Assembly: GCA_015487095.1 (NCBI GenBank)
Contig: WFQM01000164.1
Coordinates: 1-46,241, forward strand
Direction: 5' to 3'
Origin: Gammaproteobacteria bacterium
Lineage (GTDB): Bacteria; Pseudomonadota; Gammaproteobacteria; SZUA-152
DNA length: 46,241 nt
Shown: piece by piece, positions 36,855 to 44,283 of the stretch
Numbering within the stretch: the stretch's first letter is position 1
Layout of the letters: each line of letters begins with the position of its first letter
The notes under the pieces: model-generated
The model's database searches: none
Seen by the model: the letters and a program-made list of their open reading frames with translations, nothing else
Told to the model about the DNA's origin: nothing
Position numbers and translations under genes: made by a program

Positions 36855-37255
36855 AGTGATTCCGGGTCAGATGGATAGAGCTGGATTATCGGCACATTTC
36901 GGGTATTTTGCAGTCGTAATTTTCTAACGAAACGGTTGTATCATACATTCTGTCTGCATCGATTTTTTAAATGTGACTGTAATGATGCAGAATTACGCAC
37001 ACTCCTTTTAGGGGTGTTATAAAAATGAGATTTTTGTGGGATATCCCAGGTTTTGATCCCTTTGGTTTTTAGGTGTCAATCGCAGCCCATATTGCCCATG
37101 CAGTGAGTTCAACATGTTCTGAAAAATGCTTTTCGGTTCTGTGTTTTTGGTGTTCGCAGCAAGTTTAACTGATTAATTCAATTTAGGTAAACCACCGTCT
37201 CTGGTGGTAAAGATTTTCCAGTGTTACGAATAATTGTCGTGGAAGGTACAGGGTT

Positions 37256-38239
37256 TTAACCGCCAATTTTTGACATGAACCGAACCACCTGTTGTGGCCT
37301 GTCTGTAAAGTTGTGGCGCTCCGGTTTCAGCGCAAGTGCATTATTCAGCAACGTTTTTAATTCAATGTCACTCAAACCCTGACGCAAAGTTTCCCGTAGT
37401 TCGATCATATGTTCATGTCCCAGGCACAAAAAAAGTGTGCCAGAGGCTGTCAGGCGTACACGGTTACACGTTTCGCAAAAATGTTGGGATATGGGGGTAA
37501 TAAACCCAATGCGAAGGTTACGGCCTTTCACCTGAACATAACGTGCAGGACCGCCTCCCGGCATAACACCGGGAATGAATTCAAAACTTTTTTGTAGTTG
37601 TTTTTCAACATCATGAAGATCAAGGTAATGTTCACTGCCTTTGCGACCGGCTGCACTGATTGGCATGGTTTCAATAAAACGCAGGGTGAAGTCGTGTTCG
37701 AGACAAAAATTCACCATGTCATTAAATTCATCGTCATTAATGCCTTTCATGGCCACCATGTTGATTTTGAGCGGTGCAAACCCTGCGGCTTTGGCTGCCA
37801 TTAATCCATCCAGGGTGTCTGACAGTTCGCCACCATTGATATTACGAAATCGTTCGGGTTTCAGTGTGTCCAGGCTGACATTGATACGGGTGATGCCGGC
37901 CTGTTTTAATCCTCTTGCATGGTGTGCCAACAGGCTGGCATTGGTGCTGAGTGACAGGTCTTCCAGCCCTGGCAGGCGGGAAAGGCGGGTGGACAATTCA
38001 CACAGGTCTTTGCGCACAAGCGGTTCTCCCCCGGTCAGTCGTACCCGGCGAACGCCCATTTCGGTGAATGCGCTGACCACTCGCACTATTTCATCCTGCG
38101 TGAGTTGTTGGGAAGGCGGATTGAAATCGTTGTAGCCTTTGGGTAAACAATAAAAACAACGCAGATTGCATTTATCGGTCACTGATAAACGCAGGTATTC
38201 GATTTTTCTGCCAAAAGGGTCAATCAGTTGCGGAGTCAT
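37256..38239 (-). CDS. moaA: GTP 3',8-cyclase MoaA (molybdenum cofactor biosynthesis)
   Basis: LRLSVTDKCNLRCFYCLP radical-SAM cluster, LTGGEPL, C-terminal cluster FCETCNRVRLTASGTLFLCLG, and a terminal GG. Start placed at MTPQLIDPFGRKIEYL (38239), 1 nt after the regulator's stop. Confidence 0.9.
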   Translation of the reverse strand: MTPQLIDPFGRKIEYLRLSVTDKCNLRCFYCLPKGYNDFNPPSQQLTQDEIVRVVSAFTEMGVRRVRLTGGEPLVRKDLCELSTRLSRLPGLEDLSLSTNASLLAHHARGLKQAGITRINVSLDTLKPERFRNINGGELSDTLDGLMAAKAAGFAPLKINMVAMKGINDDEFNDMVNFCLEHDFTLRFIETMPISAAGRKGSEHYLDLHDVEKQLQKSFEFIPGVMPGGGPARYVQVKGRNLRIGFITPISQHFCETCNRVRLTASGTLFLCLGHEHMIELRETLRQGLSDIELKTLLNNALALKPERHNFTDRPQQVVRFMSKIGG

Positions 38240-38240
38240 G

Positions 38241-39713
38241 TCAGTTGGCCTGGTCGGGATGTGTATCGTCTTCCTGGTCGTCATCCATGTCAGAGTGTGT
38301 TCCGTCCGGGTTGGTTAATGCAAAGTGTTTAATCATGCGGCGCAGGCGAGGTCGGGATACACCGAGAATGTCGCATGTATTGCCTTTGTGCCATTGGGTC
38401 GCTTCGAGGACACGTTGTACGTGAGCCTTTTCAATATCTTCCAGACTCCACTCACTCAGTGATTTTTGTTCACCCTGATTATCTGCCGACTCGACATCAC
38501 AAATATCACTGATGAGATCCCGGGTGATCACATTACCCGGACAAAGGGCGACAGCTTTTTCCAGGGTGTTTGCCAGCTCGCGTACATTACCTGGCCAGCT
38601 GTGGCTTTCCAGGCTGGTCATGACATCGGAGGCTATTTGGGTGACATTGCGATTCATTTGTTTATTGATGCGTGCCAGTAATGTCTGTATCAAATCGACA
38701 ATATCCTCCCGGCGTTCCCGCAATGGCGGCAGATGGATGGTTACCACACGTAACCGGTAATAGAGGTCTTCGCGGAACAGGCCTTCGCGTACCCGGTCTT
38801 CGAGGTTTACATTGGTGGCAGCAATCACCCGTGCGCTGCTTTGTTGCGGTGCTTTGGCTCCCACAGGGGTGAATTCTTTTTCCTGCAAAACCCGTAACAG
38901 TTTTGCCTGCATGGTGGGTGAGAGTTCACCTATTTCATCCAGAAAAATAGTGCCGTTATCGGCCAGGGCAAACTTGCCGGGCTGTCGGTTCACCGCTCCG
39001 GTAAAGGCTCCCTTTTCGTGACCAAACATATCGGACTCCAGCAATGTTTCTACCAATGCCGCACAGTTAATGGCGACAAAGGGGCCGTTGGCATTTTTGC
39101 CTGCCCGGTGAGTGGCATTGGCCACCAGTTCTTTGCCGGTGCCGCTTTCTCCGGTGATCAATACGGTAACCGGGCTGTCGGCTACCAGGCCGATAATTTT
39201 GAAGACTTCTTTCATGGCGCGACTGCGTGCCACCATGGTATTGGCCAGAGGTGCCAGGTCTACCTGATGCGTGTTAACGGTGGTCTGGTCACCGGGGTTC
39301 AGTACGCGTGCGGCTGCCTTGTCGAGTTCTTCAATATCAATGGGTTTGTGAATATAGTCTTCGGCACCGTGTTGCATGGCTTCAATGGTGCTGTCCATAT
39401 CATGAAAGGCGGTGATCATGATGACATGGGTTTCAGGAAAAGCTCGTTTAAATTCCGGAAGACCTTCCAGTCCGGATTTTCCCGGCATGCGAATATCGAG
39501 AATAACCAGATCGGGACATTGCTCATAAGCCGCCGCCATGCCCTGATCAACACTGTGTGCAATGCTGACATCGTAACCTTGGCTGCTTAAGTGCAGTTGT
39601 AAGGTTCTACAGCTGGCGATGTCGTCATCGACAATCAGTATGTGTTTTTTCCGGATGGGTGAAACGGTTTCCATGGTATGTAATTCACTGAGTTTTTTGA
39701 TTGCGATGTTCAT
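38241..39713 (-). CDS. Sigma54-dependent (NtrC-family) response regulator
   Basis: REC (LVILDIRMPGKSG), AAA+ (GESGTGKE, GHEKGAFTGA, GAFTGA loop) and a C-terminal HTH (GNTCDILGVSRPRLRRMIK). ATGA overlap with the kinase gene. Confidence 0.9.
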   Translation of the reverse strand: MNIAIKKLSELHTMETVSPIRKKHILIVDDDIASCRTLQLHLSSQGYDVSIAHSVDQGMAAAYEQCPDLVILDIRMPGKSGLEGLPEFKRAFPETHVIMITAFHDMDSTIEAMQHGAEDYIHKPIDIEELDKAAARVLNPGDQTTVNTHQVDLAPLANTMVARSRAMKEVFKIIGLVADSPVTVLITGESGTGKELVANATHRAGKNANGPFVAINCAALVETLLESDMFGHEKGAFTGAVNRQPGKFALADNGTIFLDEIGELSPTMQAKLLRVLQEKEFTPVGAKAPQQSSARVIAATNVNLEDRVREGLFREDLYYRLRVVTIHLPPLRERREDIVDLIQTLLARINKQMNRNVTQIASDVMTSLESHSWPGNVRELANTLEKAVALCPGNVITRDLISDICDVESADNQGEQKSLSEWSLEDIEKAHVQRVLEATQWHKGNTCDILGVSRPRLRRMIKHFALTNPDGTHSDMDDDQEDDTHPDQAN

Positions 39714-42304
39714 AACTCTACAGGTCCTATAGGTAAGATAACACGAGCACAGGCACCATTGTTTTCATCCGTGTCCAGGCTGATTTGGCCATGGTGCTGA
39801 TCCAGTATGCGCTTGACGATGGATAGACCCAGGCCGGTACCTTTGGCGCGGGTGGTGAAAAAAGGCTCGAACAATTTATCTTTTTGTGCGGGATCAATAC
39901 CATTGCCATTGTCATGAATGTCGATGCGAATAGCCGGAGTAGCATTATCCACTTCCACATGGGCGTTAATGCGAATGTTGGGAATGTGGTTAACACTATC
40001 CGCAGATTCCAGGGCATTCATGATCAGGTTGCTGAATACCTGTCGTAGCTTAGTGGCATCACCATGAATAGTTGGCAGTTGTGGTTGGTATTCGGTAATA
40101 ATTTTAGCATCGTACTTTTGTATGGTTTTTTGTGTGGTGTTGATGGCCGAATCGAGCAATTTGTTAATGTTCAACCATTCCGGGTTCAATGCATCGGGTC
40201 GTGAGAAGGCTAACAGGTCGGCGAGGATGTTTTCCATGTAGCGGACTTGATCCAGTGAAATTTGTTTCATTTCTTTGGCTTCTTCACCCCAGGATTCCTC
40301 GGCGCGTTTGCCCCAAATTTGCAAGGTCATTTTGATGGAGGAAAGCGGGTTGCGCAGGTCGTGGGCAATCATGGTGGCCATGCGTCCCATGGCTGTCAGG
40401 GTTTGGGTGCGGGCAATTTCCTGGTTTCGTTCTTCCACTTCTTTTTTCAGGAGCATGTGCTCCGTAATATCTTCCTTTATGGCTAGGAAATGTGAAATCT
40501 TACCCTGCTCATTACGAATAGGGGATATCATGGTGTCTTCCCAGTAAAGTTCCCCGTTTTTTTTGCGATTGTGAAAAACACCACGCCATTCGTTGCCTTG
40601 TTTTATTATTTCCCAAAGCTGGTGGTAGTCGATATCGCTGGTCTCTCCTGATTTCAGAATACGCGGTGTCTGACCCAGTATTTCTTTTGTACTATATCCG
40701 GTTAGCTCTGTAAAACGGGGGTTGATGTATTCAATAATACCCTGTGCATCGGTAATCATTACCGAGTTATAACTTTGCTCAACGGCGCGGGACAGTTTGC
40801 GCAATTGTTGTTCTGATTCGCGTTGTTGCGTAATATCCTGACCAATGCTGGTAAGCGTAGTGACTTCGCCAAAGCGGCCACAGGAGAGTGTGTTGGTCCA
40901 TGCGAACAAACGTGGTTCGCCGGTTTTTGCCATAATATGGCTTTCGACAGTATGCGGAGGTGCATCGCCGGTAATGATTTCTGTATAGGCGTGACGTGTG
41001 CGTTGTCTGTCTTCCGGAATGACGCAACTGTCAAACCAGTCCTGGCCGGTGATCTCTTTTTGCTGCCAGCCAGTCAGGTTGAGCAGGTAATCATTACAGA
41101 AGGTGATGCGGCCATCGGCATTGAGAGTGACTGCCGCCAGTTGCATGTTTTCCAGTGTGTCGTGGTAGCGGCGTTCAAAGTTTTTTTGTGCCTGTTCCTG
41201 TCGTCGGCGTGTTGCCGTTTGCGCAATGATTAATGATCCTGCCAATAAAAACAGTCCACCTAACATATAGGATAACAAGTGCTGGCGGAAAAATTCCTGA
41301 GATGTGGCATTGAGTGCTTTGGGTGAAACATGGGAGACAATTTTCCAGAAGCGGGGTTTGGCATTCTGTTGTCCTTCGGATACGGAGGAAATATCCCCCA
41401 TGCCGGCTTCGGCATAAAACTCCAGTACGGATACCATGGGATAGACAATAGCAAAAGTGAATAGTCCTTTTTCAGTGACAAAACTGCCTGCGTCCTGGGC
41501 TAAAATTTTTCGCCAGGCATCAGGAAAAGCCTGGGCAAAAGAATGCTCGCGTTCCAGCAGGAAAGCCCATTCATTTTCCGGGCGCGGGCCACTTAACCAG
41601 TAACCTTCATTATTAACAAGATTAAGGTGGTCGGCGATGCTGGACGCTGCCTGACGAAAACCCTGAATCAGTTTCTCACCACGAAAATTGAACATCAGCA
41701 CACCTTTTTTTTCTCCCCGGCTGTTGAACAGGGGGGTGGCAAAGCGGATGGCCGGGCGCAGGGGGTATTCAATTTCTCCTTCTTCAACATTCAGGTCAAA
41801 GGGCGACATGTAGATTCCGCCAATATCCTGGGCCAGGGCTTCCTGAAAATAATAACGATCACTTTTATTTTGTAATTCACTTTGTGCCAGGATGTTAGGG
41901 TTACCTTCGTCATAGTTGATACGGATAATTTCCATGCCATCATCGGATAAAAAGCGGATCTGGTCATAGATACCTTTTTTTTCACTGAAATAAAGGAATT
42001 CCTGGGATAGATTTAAACGCGCGTCTTCGTCTTCGGGGTTGTCCAGCAAGTCCCAAAGCTCATTGAGCTTGGCAAGAAAGGTGAGGTCGGAAATCACGGC
42101 ACGCATTTCGCTGATAAGTCCTTTTTGCGCCAGGGTGACATTTTTCTGTTCGCTGCTTTCCAGGCTGATGCGTGCCAGTTTCATCGCGGTGTAATAATGG
42201 CTTATGCCAATGCTAATCAGCAGCAGAGATAGTGGCAGAAACACCAGTAAAAAACGCCTGAGCAGCGGTGGGGGACGATCAGTATTCTGGCTCGCCGGGG
42301 TCAT
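39710..42304 (-). CDS. Membrane sensor histidine kinase (periplasmic Cache-like domain, two PAS, HisKA, HATPase)
   Basis: TM1 at aa ~15-35 and TM2 at ~345-365 flank a Cache-like sensor. Two PAS modules (ITFCNDYLLNLTGW.., IIEYINPRFTELTGY..). H-box MIAHDLRNPLSSI. N/G boxes NLIMNALES, DNGNGI, GTGLGLSI. Confidence 0.9.
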   Translation of the reverse strand: MTPASQNTDRPPPLLRRFLLVFLPLSLLLISIGISHYYTAMKLARISLESSEQKNVTLAQKGLISEMRAVISDLTFLAKLNELWDLLDNPEDEDARLNLSQEFLYFSEKKGIYDQIRFLSDDGMEIIRINYDEGNPNILAQSELQNKSDRYYFQEALAQDIGGIYMSPFDLNVEEGEIEYPLRPAIRFATPLFNSRGEKKGVLMFNFRGEKLIQGFRQAASSIADHLNLVNNEGYWLSGPRPENEWAFLLEREHSFAQAFPDAWRKILAQDAGSFVTEKGLFTFAIVYPMVSVLEFYAEAGMGDISSVSEGQQNAKPRFWKIVSHVSPKALNATSQEFFRQHLLSYMLGGLFLLAGSLIIAQTATRRRQEQAQKNFERRYHDTLENMQLAAVTLNADGRITFCNDYLLNLTGWQQKEITGQDWFDSCVIPEDRQRTRHAYTEIITGDAPPHTVESHIMAKTGEPRLFAWTNTLSCGRFGEVTTLTSIGQDITQQRESEQQLRKLSRAVEQSYNSVMITDAQGIIEYINPRFTELTGYSTKEILGQTPRILKSGETSDIDYHQLWEIIKQGNEWRGVFHNRKKNGELYWEDTMISPIRNEQGKISHFLAIKEDITEHMLLKKEVEERNQEIARTQTLTAMGRMATMIAHDLRNPLSSIKMTLQIWGKRAEESWGEEAKEMKQISLDQVRYMENILADLLAFSRPDALNPEWLNINKLLDSAINTTQKTIQKYDAKIITEYQPQLPTIHGDATKLRQVFSNLIMNALESADSVNHIPNIRINAHVEVDNATPAIRIDIHDNGNGIDPAQKDKLFEPFFTTRAKGTGLGLSIVKRILDQHHGQISLDTDENNGACARVILPIGPVEL

Positions 42305-42627
42305 CGACAGGTGTCCTTGATGTGTTTTCGGACACGGGTAAGGTAAGCCGATTCGGTTTCTTCCGGTTCGCGTGGTAATAAAAAAAGCAGTTTTGCGGCG
42401 ATAATATAGGGGCGGCGTGAATTGTCACCGGCAGGCCGTGGCGCACGTATCACCTGTTCGAGGTGAATCAGGGTACTTTGCGGGTTATCGCAATAACGGG
42501 GAAGCGAGACATGTTCGCTATAAGAACGGGCCCATGCCGAAATCAACAACATGACTAACAGTACCACTCCTGTAATGCGCAGGAAAAGCAGGTTGTCGGG
42601 TTGTTTGGCCTGTTCTGGCGTGGCCAT
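42301..42627 (-). CDS. Small membrane-anchored hypothetical protein (108 aa)
   Basis: One N-terminal TM (FLRITGVVLLVMLLISAWA) and a ~70-aa C-terminal domain with two Cys. GGAG SD. Its stop overlaps the kinase start (ATGA). Confidence 0.55.
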   Translation of the reverse strand: MATPEQAKQPDNLLFLRITGVVLLVMLLISAWARSYSEHVSLPRYCDNPQSTLIHLEQVIRAPRPAGDNSRRPYIIAAKLLFLLPREPEETESAYLTRVRKHIKDTCR

Positions 42628-42642
42628 GGTTTAATTTCTCCA

Positions 42643-44058
42643 TCAGTATCTTGGGGATAGCGGGTTTAGGGGTAAGTCAGGTAATTTTTCCTTTTCCGTG
42701 CCTGGCATTAATTGTCCGGCAATCTGCTGTGCTAGTTGCTGCCCTCGGGCAATACGGTCACGGACTGAAATACCTCCTCTATAGTTGGCTTCAATATGCA
42801 GGCCGGGTAGTGCCTGTAACTGTCGGCTAATGGCATGGTCCCTTGACAGATGGGCACCGTGATATAGGGGTAATGCCTGGGCATGGCGGTGGATGCGCAC
42901 CATTTCCGGGTTGCCTTTTATGTGTAACAGGGGAGTGAGGGCACGTAGTGCCTCATCAAGTAGACGGGAGTCATCCCAGTTTGCTGCTTTGGGGTGGCGC
43001 GCACCGCCAAGGTAGGTCGTCAGCAGCACTTTGCTCGCCGGAGCACGATCACAAAACAGGCTGCTCATCCACAGATTACCGGTGAAGGGCTGCTGCTCTT
43101 GCCGGGGTGTGAGAAAACCGGTGCCGTCCAGGGTGTGTTTCACTTGACTCCGGTCCAGCCCCATATGCAATACGGCCAGTGGCGCATACTGAATACTGTC
43201 CAGTAATGTTGCCAGTTCATCGTCAACAGAAGCAACAAGCCGCGCCGCTGCCGGGGCGGGTGTTGCCACAACGACGTGAGCGGCATTAAGACTGCGTTCG
43301 CCGTCAGAAGTCATGGCCGTTACTGACCAACTTTTTTGATGGGGTATTATTTCCTGCACCTGTCGATTGGAGAAAACCTGCACACCTGCGGTGCGAGCCA
43401 AAGTGTTTACCAGTGTGCTCATACCGCCCCGGAAAGAAAAACTGTCAACAGTGCAGGCGGTACGACGGCGCAGTATTTTATGAGTCAGCACACCGGCGGT
43501 GATGGAGCCGAAGCGACGCTCCAGTGCGGTTAAGCGGGGCAGGGTGGCTCCTGCGGAGGCCAGATCCGGATCTGCCGCCAGGGTACCGGCGATAAAAGGC
43601 TCCATGGCTTTTTCCAGCATTTCATTGCCCAGACGGCGGCGAATAAACTGACTGACTGTTTCGTCTTCGCTACCACCGGCGGGAATGAAAGGCTCCAGTA
43701 ACAATCGCAGTTTGCCACGCAGGCTCCACAGCGGAGAGGTCAGCATGCCGGTGATGTGCATGGGCAGTGCCTGTAATTTGCCACGGTGCAAGAGATAACG
43801 ACGTGCCTGGGGCAGGCGTTGGGTTTTCAGCGCATCCAGCCCGGCTTCGCTTACTAGCTGTGCGACTTCGGGACGGAAATTCATCAGCAATGATGCTGCC
43901 GGTTCAGTGAGATATCCTTCCTGCTGCTGACTTTTTATTTTACCGCCGGGGCGGTTATCGGCCTCCCATACCTGTACGGATACCCCTGCCCGGGCCAGCC
44001 ACCAGGCTGTGGAGAGTCCCGAGATACCACCACCGATAATGATGACATCGGTATTCAT
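42643..44058 (-). CDS. FAD-dependent protoporphyrinogen/coproporphyrinogen oxidase-like enzyme (HemY/CgoX family)
   Basis: N-terminal dinucleotide fold VIIIGGGISGLSTAWWLA..G..V.V.E...R.GGKI. Family-typical SxxGKLRLLLEP, ETVSQFIRRRLG and FSFRGGMSTL. C-terminal GLHIEANYRGGISVRDRIARG. Confidence 0.75.
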   Translation of the reverse strand: MNTDVIIIGGGISGLSTAWWLARAGVSVQVWEADNRPGGKIKSQQQEGYLTEPAASLLMNFRPEVAQLVSEAGLDALKTQRLPQARRYLLHRGKLQALPMHITGMLTSPLWSLRGKLRLLLEPFIPAGGSEDETVSQFIRRRLGNEMLEKAMEPFIAGTLAADPDLASAGATLPRLTALERRFGSITAGVLTHKILRRRTACTVDSFSFRGGMSTLVNTLARTAGVQVFSNRQVQEIIPHQKSWSVTAMTSDGERSLNAAHVVVATPAPAAARLVASVDDELATLLDSIQYAPLAVLHMGLDRSQVKHTLDGTGFLTPRQEQQPFTGNLWMSSLFCDRAPASKVLLTTYLGGARHPKAANWDDSRLLDEALRALTPLLHIKGNPEMVRIHRHAQALPLYHGAHLSRDHAISRQLQALPGLHIEANYRGGISVRDRIARGQQLAQQIAGQLMPGTEKEKLPDLPLNPLSPRY

Positions 44059-44071
44059 CGTTTTGGTAGCT

Positions 44072-44150
44072 GGGTGGGCATGCTTTTTTGCCCACGCGGA
44101 TGTTGGCGATATTCACAATACCCGCGTGGGCACAAAAAACGTGCCCATCC
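44072..44150. repeat. Pair of inverted REP-like hairpin units (BIME-like)
   Basis: Unit 1 GGGTGGGCATGCTTTTTTGCCCACGCGG (44072-44099) and unit 2 CCCGCGTGGGCACAAAAAACGTGCCCATCC (44121-44150) are near reverse complements. Each can fold by itself (TGGGCA../..TGCCCA). Confidence 0.7.
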
Positions 44151-44196
44151 TGCAATTGCGTCGGGTTGTATTTTTTTATTTAACATTACCTTTATC

Positions 44197-44279
44197 GTAG
44201 GTTGGGGTGAGGTACGAACCCCAACATGCTGAGGTTGAATTAACACCGCTGTTGGGGTTCGTACCTCACCCCAACCTAC
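44197..44279. repeat. Perfect 30-bp inverted repeat (second REP family)
   Basis: GTAGGTTGGGGTGAGGTACGAACCCCAACA (44197-44226) and its exact reverse complement (44250-44279) are separated by 23 nt. Each arm holds an internal GTTGGGG/CCCCAAC hairpin. Confidence 0.85.
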
Positions 44280-44283
44280 ATGT

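Noticed and set aside
37037-37048. Perfect 12-bp palindrome TGGGATATCCCA upstream of glnD, and the ACCACC-N6-GGTGGT hairpin near 37190 downstream of moaA.
   Set aside because: Both are short enough to arise by chance. No flanking U-tract or recognisable operator consensus is present. Noted but not callable.
44121-44150. TGGGCAC...GTGC inside the REP units, which looks like a sigma54 -24/-12 promoter.
   Set aside because: The GG-to-GC offset is 14 rather than 12 on either strand. The resemblance is a by-product of the palindrome.
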